A stretch of DNA of 62,967 bases from an uncultured Candidatus Saccharibacteria bacterium (GCA_964447105.1 CAYURH010000003.1:1-62967), one strand, 5' to 3'. Shown: positions 1-9,512, counted from the first letter of the stretch. The notes: a model not told the origin generated them from the sequence alone. Numbers and translations are program-made.

Positions 1-1119
1 TTCAAGTACCGTGCTAGTGGGCAGTGCGCGCTGTAAACCGGCCCAAAAATCGGCGTACATTTTGTCAAATGTCAGCTCATGACTCCAGCGCCAGCCATTG
101 GTACGCATGGCTTCATATGTCTTTTTGTCGGCAAGCGCCGCCACTATGCCACCCGCCAACGCTCGCGGGTTTGGGTCGGTCACAATACCGGTTTGTCCAT
201 GGCGCACACTGTCGCGCAAACCGTCCACGTTGTAGGCTACCGACGGCGTGCCCTGGCTGGCAGCTTCGCTCACCACAATCCCCCACCCTTCTTTGACTGA
301 CGTCACCAAAAACAAGTGGCTCTTGCGAAATAGCACTGTTTTTTCTGCGTCAGTTGGGCGACCGAGCACCGTGATGTCGGCCTGGAATGGGCTGGCTGCG
401 ATACGATCCATCACTTTTTGCCCATAATTACCTTCGCTCGCGCCGGCTACAATCAACTTGAGTTGGGGCATAGTTTGCTTGGCAATATCAAACGCTTCGA
501 TGTGATGCAATGTACGCTTCATAGGGCGAATGGCGCCAAAACTCAGCAGCGTGGGTTCAGTATATTTGGGCGTTTTTAGATTTTTGACCGGCGCAATGTT
601 GATAGCTTCCGAAATGATACCGATACGTGATTCATGTATGCCGTGCCGCACCAGATCTGCTTTGGTACTTTCCGACACGGTGATCACTGGACTACGTCCG
701 AGCAAACGCAGATACAATGGTTCGGCCAGATAAAACATCAGGTTAAATGGCGCCGGCATATGGTAGAACCAAATTTGCCGACACAGTTGATGAAACAGCA
801 ACACCTTTGGTTCGCGTGCATACCATGGGGTAAAAAACGGCGCAGTATTTATTTCTTCAATAATCAAATCCGGCCATCCACGCAAATGTTTTTGGTAGTA
901 GCGAAACGCTTCCCACCACAACGTGTAGCGGTTACCCACGCGTATAACTTGATAGCCATGTAGTTGGGTCTTGTGTTCGCTGCCGGCAAAACCACCCACC
1001 AACGTGACGACTTCGTGTCCATCGCGCACCAAACGCGTGCACATTTCGTCATTCACCAATTCGGCACCGCCGGCCAGCGGGTGCTTGGGATCTTTCCAGG
1101 TCATCAGCAAAATTTTCAC
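1..1119 (-). CDS. Glycosyltransferase family 4 (GT-B fold); 3' end cut by the window edge
   Basis: Absent from the ORF track because there is no stop codon inside the window. Manual minus-strand translation from GTG at 1119 is open for 373 codons down to position 1. That GTG overlaps the TAG of the upstream gene by 1 nt; an alternative ATG lies at 1104. Sequence: VKILLMTWKDPKHPLAGGAELVNDE...LFLVTSVKEGWGIVVSEAASQGTPSVAYNVDGLRDSVRHGQTGIV, a typical GT4 E-x7-E region. Confidence 0.8.
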   Translation of the reverse strand, partial: MKILLMTWKDPKHPLAGGAELVNDEMCTRLVRDGHEVVTLVGGFAGSEHKTQLHGYQVIRVGNRYTLWWEAFRYYQKHLRGWPDLIIEEINTAPFFTPWYAREPKVLLFHQLCRQIWFYHMPAPFNLMFYLAEPLYLRLLGRSPVITVSESTKADLVRHGIHESRIGIISEAINIAPVKNLKTPKYTEPTLLSFGAIRPMKRTLHHIEAFDIAKQTMPQLKLIVAGASEGNYGQKVMDRIAASPFQADITVLGRPTDAEKTVLFRKSHLFLVTSVKEGWGIVVSEAASQGTPSVAYNVDGLRDSVRHGQTGIVTDPNPRALAGGIVAALADKKTYEAMRTNGWRWSHELTFDKMYADFWAGLQRALPTSTVLE

Positions 1120-2069
1120 TACGCCGTTTCTTCCTCTTTCTGCCGCGTGATGTACAGCGGCCGGTTAATCACTTCTTCGTGAATACGCGCGATATAGAGC
1201 GCCACCAGCCCCATGCAGGCCAACACCATACCTACCAAAAACAGAATCAACGTGGCCAGCATAGCTGTGCCGCTTATGTGCAAATTGTACGGATCGTTCA
1301 AAACATACCGTTCAACATAAAAGAAAACCCCCATCGTCCCCGCGCCTACCAAAATCAGCGTACCCAAATAGCCGGCCAGCTTGAGCGGTAGCAAACTATG
1401 CGACGTAAAACTATTCACAGCCAGATGTAACAATTTGCGAAAACTATATTGCGCCGTGCCGTGGCGGCGTGGCGGCGCCACGAATTTGACATACTCGCGC
1501 TTGAATCCCAACCAGTCTATGAGCCCGCGCGCCAACCGCGCATGTTCGGTAAATTTGTTGAATGCGTCAATCGCGCAGCGATCAAGCAAGCGGTAATCCG
1601 TGGCGTTTGGCGTAACTTTGGTTGTAGAAATTTTTTCCATGATGCGATAAAACACCCAGCTGCCGGCCCGTTTCATCAACCCTTCTTCGTGGCTATAGCG
1701 GCGCACTCCCACCACTACCTCGGCGCCTTTTTCCCACGATTTGATAAACCGACCAATCAATTTGGGCGGGTGCTGCAAATCGGCATCCAAAATAATAGCG
1801 GCATCCCCACTGGCTGCGTGCAGCCCGGCTGATACCGCTACTTCTTTGCCGAAATTCCGCGCAAATTCAATCAATTTAACGCGATTGTCTCTGAGCGTTA
1901 GTTCGCGTATGTATCCTGCTGAATTATCCGCGCTTCCGTCGTCGACAAAAATAACTTCAAACCGGTGCCGAATTTTGCGAATATGATGCATCAATTCGGC
2001 ATAAAAATGCGGAAGACTCTGAGATTCGTTATAGACCGGTACGATGACCGATATGAGTTGCTGCTGCAT
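1119..2069 (-). CDS. GT2 polyprenyl-phosphate glycosyltransferase (GtrB/ArnC/DPM1-like) with C-terminal TM helices
   Basis: Contains ISVIVPVYNESQSLPHF...VIFVDDGSADNS...ILDADLQHPP and two hydrophobic C-terminal helices. The start is taken at ATG 2069 (MQQQLISV), preceded by GAGG. The track ORF extends to 2156 but overlaps the upstream gene. Confidence 0.8.
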   Translation of the reverse strand: MQQQLISVIVPVYNESQSLPHFYAELMHHIRKIRHRFEVIFVDDGSADNSAGYIRELTLRDNRVKLIEFARNFGKEVAVSAGLHAASGDAAIILDADLQHPPKLIGRFIKSWEKGAEVVVGVRRYSHEEGLMKRAGSWVFYRIMEKISTTKVTPNATDYRLLDRCAIDAFNKFTEHARLARGLIDWLGFKREYVKFVAPPRRHGTAQYSFRKLLHLAVNSFTSHSLLPLKLAGYLGTLILVGAGTMGVFFYVERYVLNDPYNLHISGTAMLATLILFLVGMVLACMGLVALYIARIHEEVINRPLYITRQKEEETA

Positions 2070-3336
2070 GGATACCTCGCTTAAGCTTAGTTCCACCCAC
2101 CCATAGTCCGAGTAGGCCCCCCATGGCAAGGCTGCCAAGGAGCATACTATCAACAACGGCCGCTAGCGTACTGTGGTGGGACAGCATGACAACAAACGTG
2201 ACAGCACTACCAATTATACCAACAAACATCACATTATGCTTACGTAGTGCTGTAAAATATGCCATAACTGCATTTAGAACAGAGACGATAAAGATAGCGA
2301 TTGTGAGTTTCGGCAACAGAGGTGAGACGCTCAAATAATTAACGCCCATAAGCAATTTTACAACAAAATGTGGATAAAATACGCTCAAAAACAGTACTGG
2401 GAGAGCGATCGTACACAATAATACAACAGACTTGAAAAGGAGAGTACGGTTTTGCTTTGGGCTGTTCGCAAGTCGAACGCCAGGCAGCATAACCTGGGTG
2501 ATCGACGCCGTGGCAAAAAAGATAATCCGTGCCACTGCCGCAATGCCCGCATACAGCCCAGCCGTATGTGGATCGAAATAATGCTTTACCACCACGATAT
2601 CGATGCTGTACTGCAGCGTAATTGCCAACGACACCACTAGCACCAACACGCCGTATTTTAGTTCGGGCCGTAAACGCCGCAAACTAGGCGGACGCAAAAA
2701 ATACTCCCGCCATCCCACCGCCGGCAAACCGGCTCGCGCTGCCATAACCAGCGCATAGCCCAACCCAAAAAGCTGCGCGCCCACCAAACCCAACATGGCG
2801 CCGAACGTGCTCAATCCGGCGATCACAAAAACAGTCGACAAAATTAACTTGCCCAGGGCCGGCACAACATTGGCAATCGACACTTGCCCAAATTTACGTC
2901 TCCCCCGCAAATATGCCGAGCGGAACGTATAGGGCACCGCCGCTACCAGCGCCACGCCCAACGCCGCGAACGGCAGTGTGGAATCAAACTGCAAAAAAGT
3001 TTTGAGCGCGGGGGCGGCGAACAGCGACAGCACCAACACAATAATTCCGAGTAGCAATGCCGCTTTTTCAAAATCTACAATCAATTGATTGGCGCGTTTG
3101 GTGTCACGAGCGTTCACGACGATATTGACCGTAATCATACTCAACACATTCAAAAAAACAGCCAGTTGCAAAAACAGCGACACCAACGTCTGCACTTCAC
3201 CAAATGCTGCCGTAGGCAACAACCGACCGAGCACAGGGTAGTACACATAGTTCAGCGCACCCACGGCCACAGCGCCACCGAAGAAAATGGCGTTGTGGCG
3301 CAGAAACTCGCTCGCTTGAATGCGCTTGAGCAGCAT
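2029..3336 (-). CDS. Polysaccharide/oligosaccharide flippase (MOP superfamily, Wzx-like)
   Basis: A 435-aa protein that is hydrophobic throughout (about 12-14 helices). The N-terminus RIQASEFLRHNAIFFGGAVAVGALNYVYYPVLGRLL is typical of polysaccharide biosynthesis/Wzx proteins. It lies in an operon with glycosyltransferases. Confidence 0.7.
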   Translation of the reverse strand: MLLKRIQASEFLRHNAIFFGGAVAVGALNYVYYPVLGRLLPTAAFGEVQTLVSLFLQLAVFLNVLSMITVNIVVNARDTKRANQLIVDFEKAALLLGIIVLVLSLFAAPALKTFLQFDSTLPFAALGVALVAAVPYTFRSAYLRGRRKFGQVSIANVVPALGKLILSTVFVIAGLSTFGAMLGLVGAQLFGLGYALVMAARAGLPAVGWREYFLRPPSLRRLRPELKYGVLVLVVSLAITLQYSIDIVVVKHYFDPHTAGLYAGIAAVARIIFFATASITQVMLPGVRLANSPKQNRTLLFKSVVLLCTIALPVLFLSVFYPHFVVKLLMGVNYLSVSPLLPKLTIAIFIVSVLNAVMAYFTALRKHNVMFVGIIGSAVTFVVMLSHHSTLAAVVDSMLLGSLAMGGLLGLWVGGTKLKRGIHAAATHIGHRTGL

Positions 3337-3357
3337 GCTTTTTATTGTGCCATGATT

Positions 3358-3651
3358 CTACGAATACATGAAAATGCCCACTACAATGGCAGATTCAATC
3401 ACCAGATACAAAATATTAGTGACGAGAAGCGGCAACAATTTGTGACGGATGGCATATATCATCCACACCACACCAGCTAGGCAAAAAAATCCCCACGTCC
3501 AAATAGACACACCGGCAGCACTATGATTCGAAAAAATCGCATAGGCCTGCGGAAGCTCAAACAGCGGTGTGGCGATGGTAAAAAAATACACCACATAGTC
3601 AAACGGTTCTTTGTGTTTTTTGCTATGAAGATGCTTGTGGTGCCTGAGCAT
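3358..3651 (-). CDS. Small 3-TM PQ-loop protein (SemiSWEET-like)
   Basis: A 97-aa protein with three predicted helices. A PQ motif sits in helix 1 (TPLFELPQAYAIF), followed by W..Y and P....N patterns similar to bacterial SemiSWEETs. Confidence 0.5.
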   Translation of the reverse strand: MLRHHKHLHSKKHKEPFDYVVYFFTIATPLFELPQAYAIFSNHSAAGVSIWTWGFFCLAGVVWMIYAIRHKLLPLLVTNILYLVIESAIVVGIFMYS

Positions 3652-3663
3652 ATGCTTATTGTA

Positions 3664-4605
3664 CTACGCTACCGGCTCCACATAGACTTGTGCGTCACCA
3701 CTGGTGGTTGCTTGTACGGCGCGGCGGATTTGTTTGACTATGGTTTCGATTTGATCAGTCGATAAGTCATTTTGCAAATGCACTTCTATGGCAATGAGCA
3801 TACTGTCGGCACTCAAAATCATGGTGCGCACGTGATCCACTTCACGCACACGTGGCACGCTGAGTGCGGCGCGGCGCACTTTGCTGCGTACATCAGCTGG
3901 CGCGGCACGACCAGTCACCAGCGAGCGTACACTCACTAGCAGCAAGACCGCAAACATCCCCAATGTCACGCCCATCACCATAGCCCCCAAACCGTCGAAT
4001 TGCTGATTGCTCGTCACTCCGTACAGCCACAGCGCCACAAACCCGATAATCGCCGCCGATGTGCCGATACTGTCTAGCACAAATGTAATTTTGGGCGCAA
4101 TCTGCCACGACGTCATGAACATGCGAGGCAGCTGGCGCCAACTGCGGCCGGCTAGCAATTTGCGCGAACTCACCCACCACGAATAGCCGTTGGTGCCTAT
4201 GGCCAGCACCAATACCCCGTATGCCAGGGGTAGATTGTGTACTTCTTCGGGGTGAATCAGGTGGCGATAGCCAAACAATACACTCAACGTAGCGGTGATG
4301 GCCAACATCACAAACGCTGCCAGCGTAGACCAAAAATACAATTCTTTGCCGTAGCCAAATGGGTGCATGGCGTTGGCTTTGTGTTGCGAGCGCCGTGCGC
4401 CGATCAGCACCAGGCCAACCGCCGCCAGATCGGCTGCGCCTTCTAGCATCTCGGCCAGCATAACTGCACTGCCCGTCATAATAGCTACTACCAAATTGGT
4501 GGTGATATCTATAACATCCACCAAAAATGATGTGAGCAATACTCGCTTAATACTCGGTTGCGTTACAGACATGAATCTATAATGCCATGTTTGTTGTGCT
4601 AGCAT
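3664..4605 (-). CDS. Cation diffusion facilitator (CDF) family metal efflux transporter
   Basis: TGSAVMLAEMLEGAADLAAVGLVLIG...HPFGYGKELYFWS, six TM helices and a C-terminal cytoplasmic domain. An alternative start lies at ATG 4572. Confidence 0.8.
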   Translation of the reverse strand: MLAQQTWHYRFMSVTQPSIKRVLLTSFLVDVIDITTNLVVAIMTGSAVMLAEMLEGAADLAAVGLVLIGARRSQHKANAMHPFGYGKELYFWSTLAAFVMLAITATLSVLFGYRHLIHPEEVHNLPLAYGVLVLAIGTNGYSWWVSSRKLLAGRSWRQLPRMFMTSWQIAPKITFVLDSIGTSAAIIGFVALWLYGVTSNQQFDGLGAMVMGVTLGMFAVLLLVSVRSLVTGRAAPADVRSKVRRAALSVPRVREVDHVRTMILSADSMLIAIEVHLQNDLSTDQIETIVKQIRRAVQATTSGDAQVYVEPVA

Positions 4606-4626
4606 AAGTAGTATAGGAGGAATCTC

Positions 4627-5400
4627 ATGCGACCACTCTGGACAGGTTCAATTAGTTTCGGTTTAGTCAACATACCCGTCAACATGTTTAGCGGGGCCAA
4701 CCCCCGGCAAGGCATCGACCTCGACATGCTGCACAAACAAGATCACGCGCCTATTCGCTATGCGCGCATTTGCCGGCACGACGGCGAGGAAGTGCCATGG
4801 GAAGATATTGTAAAAGGCTACGAATATCGCGACGGCGACTACATAGTGCTCACCCAAAAAGATTTCGAAAAAGCCGATGTGAAAAAAAGCAAAACTATCG
4901 ACATCCAACAGTTTACAGCTGAATCCGAAATCGATATCCGCTATTTTGAAAAACCATATTACCTAGAACCGATCAAAGGCGGCGAAAAAGCCTATGCCCT
5001 GCTGCGCGAAGCTCTGGAGCGCGCGGCTAAAGTGGCGGTAGTGCTGTATGTGTTCCACGAACGCGAACATTTGGGCGTGATCAAACCCGTTGGCAAAGCG
5101 CTGGTACTCGATCAAATGCGTTTCCCCACTGATTTGCGCGAAGCCACCGCGCTTGATTTTCCATCTGGCCACGAAGTGAACGAAAAAGAAGTTGAGGTAG
5201 CGTTGGCTCTGGTGCAGCAGCAGACCAAACACTTCATCCCCGAAGATTTTAAAGATACGTATACCGATGAGCTAGAGGAAATCATCAAACAAAAAACCAA
5301 AGGCAAACCAATTCGCTCGCCCAAATCCGCTACTCCTACCAAACACACTAATGCCAAAGATTTGATGACCACGCTCAAAGCGAGCCTCAATAAAAAATGA
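4627..5400 (+). CDS. ku: Ku protein (non-homologous end joining)
   Basis: MRPLWTGSISFGLVNIPVNMF...IRYFEKPYYLEP, with a basic C-terminal tail. A GGAGG RBS precedes it and its stop overlaps the ligD start (ATGA). Confidence 0.93.
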   Translation: MRPLWTGSISFGLVNIPVNMFSGANPRQGIDLDMLHKQDHAPIRYARICRHDGEEVPWEDIVKGYEYRDGDYIVLTQKDFEKADVKKSKTIDIQQFTAESEIDIRYFEKPYYLEPIKGGEKAYALLREALERAAKVAVVLYVFHEREHLGVIKPVGKALVLDQMRFPTDLREATALDFPSGHEVNEKEVEVALALVQQQTKHFIPEDFKDTYTDELEEIIKQKTKGKPIRSPKSATPTKHTNAKDLMTTLKASLNKK

Positions 5401-7820
5401 GCCTGCAACAATATCGCAAAAAGCGACAATTTGATAAAACTCCCGAGCCAAAAGGCACTAAATCGCCACGGAGTCGCAAAAAACTAGAATTTGTCGTGCA
5501 AGAACATCACGCACGCGCCCTCCACTACGACTTCCGGCTCGAACTAGATGGTGTGCTCAAAAGCTGGGCTGTACCCAAGGGCCCTAGCATGAATCCCCAC
5601 GACCATCACTTGGCAGTACAGACCGAAGATCATCCCTACGAATATCGAAAGTTCGAAGGGGAAATCCCCGAAGGCAACTACGGCGCCGGCAGTGTGATCA
5701 TCTGGGACAAAGGCACGTACGAAGCGCGCGGAGGTGGTGGCGAAGCCGAACTGCGTGCTGGGCTCAAAAAAGGCCACATCACATTTGTGTTGCATGGTGA
5801 AAAACTAAACGGCGAATTCGCGCTCATCCAATTCCACGGCAGCGACGACGACAAAGCCTGGCTCCTCATCAAAAAGGGCGACGACGAAGCATCCACCGCC
5901 GACATTTTGCGCCAAAACCGCTCCGTGATCAGTGGCAAAAAAGTTGACGATATTGGTCAGCATGCCGCTCCCAGAGCCGCGCTGCCGACGCGCATTGTCC
6001 CGATGCTCTGCACGCTTATCGATGCGCCCTTTAGCAGACCCGGCTGGTTTTTTGAGATCAAATGGGATGGCTACCGCGCCATTGGTAGTAAGAAAAAACA
6101 AGACATCGAACTCTACTCTCGCAATGGCCTAGATTTTCGCACCAAATTCGCTCCGGTAGTGGAAGCGCTGCGCTTGCTCAAAGACGATGTAGTGTTAGAC
6201 GGCGAAATCGTGGCCGTAGGCCCCGAGGGCCATGCCCACTTCGAATGGTTACAAAATTGGAAAACTGCGCCACAGGGCGAGTTGCGTTATTACGTATTTG
6301 ACATACTATGGCACAACGGCCGTGATCTCACCCCACTACCACTCCGAGAACGTAAAAAGATATTGCGTCAGGTTTTACCCAAAAAATCCCTACTATTTTT
6401 CAGCGACGACATAGAAGAACACGGTGAAGCGCTCTACAAAGAAGCAGCCAAAGCCGGGCTAGAAGGTGTCGTGGCCAAACGCGCTGATTCGCCATATCGC
6501 CCAGGCATCCGCGGGCAAGACTGGCTGAAGATCAAAACTCATCTGCGCCAAGAAACTGTCATCGCCGGTTTTAGCGAACCGCGCGGCACGCGTAAATACC
6601 TGGGCTCTCTCCTACTCGGCGTATACGACAAGGGCGAATTGCGCTACGTTGGCCACTCTGGTGGTGGGTTTGCGGTAGAAGCCATGAAGCAATTACGTCA
6701 CAAACTCGACAAGCTAGAAGTGAAAACTCCTCCATTTAAAAATCCGCCCAAAGTCGACGCCACCACCCATTGGGTCAAACCAGAACTAGTCTGCGAAGTA
6801 AGTTTTAGTGAATGGACAAGCGAGGGAATGATGCGACAACCGACATTCGAAGGCATGCGCGAAGACAAAGCGCCCCACAACGTACACAAAGAAATAGCCA
6901 AAACCAAAAAAGCCGATGAACACGCCAGCCTGCCCGGCAGCAAAGTAGCCTTTAGCCACCTGGGCAAGATGTTTTGGCCCAAACATGGCTACACCAAAGG
7001 CGATTTGATTGGCTATTACCAATCTGTGGGCGACGTGATGTTGAAGTATTTAAAAGACCGACCCGAATCACTCAACCGCCAGCCAAACGGCGTAGGATCC
7101 GAAGGGTTTTTCCAAAAAGACATTAATTTCGACTTGCCGCCCTATGCCGCCAGTAAAAAACTCTATTCCGAAAGCACCCGCCAGGATATAGATTTCTTAA
7201 TATGCAACAACGTAGACACACTCCTGTACATGGCTCAGCTTGGATGCATCGAAATCAATCCGTGGAGTTCGCGACTCAAATCGCCCGACAATCCAGACTG
7301 GGCGGTGATGGACCTAGACCCAGAAGGTGTGGGATTTGATACCGTGATTCAAGTAGCTCAAACCGTTCATGCCGTCTGCGACGACTGGGGGGTTCCGGCG
7401 CTGCCTAAAACATCCGGCAAAACCGGCATTCACATTTTTATCCCGCTGGGGGCGAAATATAGCTACGAACAGGCGCGACAGTTTACGCAGTTGATTGCCA
7501 TCGAGGTCAATAATCGCTTACCCAAAATCACCAGCATCGAACGCAGCCCGGAGAAACGCAAGCATCGACTGTACCTAGATTATTTGCAAAACAGTCGCGG
7601 GCAAACATTGGCTGCACCATATTCCGTGCGCCCCACACCCGACGCCACAGTATCTATGCCGCTGGAATGGAAAGAGGTCAACGACAAACTATTACCCACC
7701 GATTTCACTATCAAAAACGCACTGAAACGTTTAGACAAAAAGGGTGATTTGTGGGCGCCGACACTCGGCAAAGGCGCCGACCTGAAAAAGATACTGGCGA
7801 CAATAGACCACTCCAGCTAA
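5397..7820 (+). CDS. ligD: Multidomain ATP-dependent DNA ligase LigD (phosphoesterase - ligase - polymerase/primase)
   Basis: The N-terminal PE domain carries EFVVQEHHARALHYDFRLE. The ligase domain has motif I FFEIKWDGYR plus EGVVAKRADSPY. The C-terminal LigD Pol domain carries KTSGKTGIHIFIPL and YLDYLQN. Confidence 0.93.
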   Translation: MSLQQYRKKRQFDKTPEPKGTKSPRSRKKLEFVVQEHHARALHYDFRLELDGVLKSWAVPKGPSMNPHDHHLAVQTEDHPYEYRKFEGEIPEGNYGAGSVIIWDKGTYEARGGGGEAELRAGLKKGHITFVLHGEKLNGEFALIQFHGSDDDKAWLLIKKGDDEASTADILRQNRSVISGKKVDDIGQHAAPRAALPTRIVPMLCTLIDAPFSRPGWFFEIKWDGYRAIGSKKKQDIELYSRNGLDFRTKFAPVVEALRLLKDDVVLDGEIVAVGPEGHAHFEWLQNWKTAPQGELRYYVFDILWHNGRDLTPLPLRERKKILRQVLPKKSLLFFSDDIEEHGEALYKEAAKAGLEGVVAKRADSPYRPGIRGQDWLKIKTHLRQETVIAGFSEPRGTRKYLGSLLLGVYDKGELRYVGHSGGGFAVEAMKQLRHKLDKLEVKTPPFKNPPKVDATTHWVKPELVCEVSFSEWTSEGMMRQPTFEGMREDKAPHNVHKEIAKTKKADEHASLPGSKVAFSHLGKMFWPKHGYTKGDLIGYYQSVGDVMLKYLKDRPESLNRQPNGVGSEGFFQKDINFDLPPYAASKKLYSESTRQDIDFLICNNVDTLLYMAQLGCIEINPWSSRLKSPDNPDWAVMDLDPEGVGFDTVIQVAQTVHAVCDDWGVPALPKTSGKTGIHIFIPLGAKYSYEQARQFTQLIAIEVNNRLPKITSIERSPEKRKHRLYLDYLQNSRGQTLAAPYSVRPTPDATVSMPLEWKEVNDKLLPTDFTIKNALKRLDKKGDLWAPTLGKGADLKKILATIDHSS

Positions 7821-7889
7821 TCTTTCCTATACTGCCGGGTAACATCGGTATCTCTTAACATTCCTAAGCATAAGCACTATACTTGGGCC

Positions 7890-8525
7890 ATGGAGCAAAA
7901 ATTCGTAACGTCTGATACCAAGCACGACAAATCCAAAGACAACAAGAAAAAAAATATCAGCCTGTGGGTAGCCATAGGCCTAATCGTAGTACTGATTGCC
8001 GTTATACTCTGGCTCTGGTGGCAGCTGATGAACTGCATCAACCACGACTCCGCAGTAGAAAACGAAAAGAAACAGCTACAGTCACAAGTCGACACCCTGC
8101 AGAAACAACTTGCCGACAAAGGTGCCGCTACCGCCGACACCTCTACGTGCAAAGCTACTGTTGCCCAATCGCTCAAAGATAACATCAAAGACGCCATCAA
8201 CAGCAAAAACACTGCTGCGTTACAGGGCTATATGGCAAGTTCAGTCAAAGTAGTGATCGCCGCTAGCGAAAAGGGCGGCTCGGAATCCGCCGCCGACGCT
8301 GTGACCGACCTAAACTACCTAATGTCCGCTACCGGCCCGTGGAATTTCGATCTACCTGCGCCCACCATTACCAGCTATCGCGGCGGCTTCTACGGTCATG
8401 ACTATTTTGGGGTGAACGCCTACGTTGGCAAAGCTGCCAGCGAGCAGGTGGTGTCGTTTGACTTCGACAGCTGCGGCAAAATCAATCAGATTTTCATGGC
8501 CGCCAGCGCCGACCTGCTACTTTAG
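7890..8525 (+). CDS. Hypothetical membrane-anchored protein
   Basis: A 211-aa protein. It has a lysine-rich N-terminus, one TM helix (ISLWVAIGLIVVLIAVILWLWW), a short coiled segment and a C-terminal globular part. No family was recognised. Confidence 0.5.
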   Translation: MEQKFVTSDTKHDKSKDNKKKNISLWVAIGLIVVLIAVILWLWWQLMNCINHDSAVENEKKQLQSQVDTLQKQLADKGAATADTSTCKATVAQSLKDNIKDAINSKNTAALQGYMASSVKVVIAASEKGGSESAADAVTDLNYLMSATGPWNFDLPAPTITSYRGGFYGHDYFGVNAYVGKAASEQVVSFDFDSCGKINQIFMAASADLLL

Positions 8526-9512
8526 CGGATAGTACGTAATCGAACCTACACTGAACTGCCACGACGTTTTGCTGCCGTCAATGCCGTCCGGCGGGTAGGT
8601 GTCACGCGCCATACCACCCCAGTCGCCACCCATGGCCAAATTTACCACCAGAAAATATGGTTGATCGTATGGCCAGTCGGCTGGACCGGTATGTGGATTT
8701 TTGACCGTATAGTACGGTTTGTCATTGACGCTAAACACTAGCTGTTCCGGCGTCCAGTCCAAACTAAAATCATGTGGTAAGTTGTCGACAATGTGAGTTT
8801 GGCCTGAGCGTTCGCCATGCCCCGGGTAGTGCGCATACGAATGCGCCGACGCATTAGCTAGCCCGGGTTCAGCGCCCACATATTCGAGTATGTCGATTTC
8901 GCCATTGGCCAAACCGCTGTCGCCACTACCGGCCAGTTGCGTTTTGGAATATTTAGCCCCCACTGGCCACAGCCACAATGCCGGCCACGTACCCACACCT
9001 TGCGGCAATACCACATCATGAAACACAATCCGGCCATACTGCATTTGGAATATGCCTTGTGTAGTCAGACGGGCCGAAGTGTATTTGCGACCGCTATAAT
9101 CTTCGCGTTTGGCTTCAATAACCAAGTGGCTTGATGCAACGCGAGCGTTTGTACTGCGGTTGGTGTAGTACTGTACTTCGTTGTTGCCCCAACCATCGCC
9201 GCCGATTTCGAATTTCCAGATTTTGCTATCCAGCACACCTGCGGGTAAGCGGGCAAAATCTTGCTGCCAACCAATAGATGTATCTAGTTGCTTACTGGCC
9301 GGCGCCGAGGCTGGCGGGACGGCTACGTCTTGCGGCGGTTGCTGTATCAGCTGTGGATTAGGCACGTTAATCTCCATTTGTTTGGGCAATGTTGGCAGGG
9401 TGGGCATGTTAGCATTAGATATCAGCAAGCCAACTCCCCCTAGCGTTAAAAGCGCGGCGCCAATAGCCGGTCGCGGTAGTTGCCGAGCGACCCCTCTCCA
9501 GTTAATACGCAT
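8517..9512 (-). CDS. Secreted glycoside hydrolase family 16 (beta-glucanase/laminarinase-like)
   Basis: An N-terminal signal anchor is present. The GH16 catalytic motif E-x-D-x-x-E is seen in NGEIDILEYVG, together with WPALWLWP. Confidence 0.85.
   Translation of the reverse strand: MRINWRGVARQLPRPAIGAALLTLGGVGLLISNANMPTLPTLPKQMEINVPNPQLIQQPPQDVAVPPASAPASKQLDTSIGWQQDFARLPAGVLDSKIWKFEIGGDGWGNNEVQYYTNRSTNARVASSHLVIEAKREDYSGRKYTSARLTTQGIFQMQYGRIVFHDVVLPQGVGTWPALWLWPVGAKYSKTQLAGSGDSGLANGEIDILEYVGAEPGLANASAHSYAHYPGHGERSGQTHIVDNLPHDFSLDWTPEQLVFSVNDKPYYTVKNPHTGPADWPYDQPYFLVVNLAMGGDWGGMARDTYPPDGIDGSKTSWQFSVGSITYYPLK

Noticed and set aside
24-1182. Several 60-109-aa plus-strand ORFs at the left edge (24-296, 79-300, 530-733, 634-963, 964-1182), plus the 62-aa minus-strand ORF 864-1052
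   Set aside because: The minus strand here is one continuous 373-codon GT4 reading frame (1-1119) with clear family motifs. The listed plus-strand ORFs are antisense to it, and 864-1052 lies on the same strand in a different frame.
3893-4333. 146-aa ORF on the same strand inside the CDF transporter gene. Similar alternate-frame ORFs lie at 16453-16935, 21702-22016 and 20931-21332
   Set aside because: These are alternate frames nested in well-supported genes. They are Arg/Gly/Cys-rich, have no recognisable motifs and lack translation signals.
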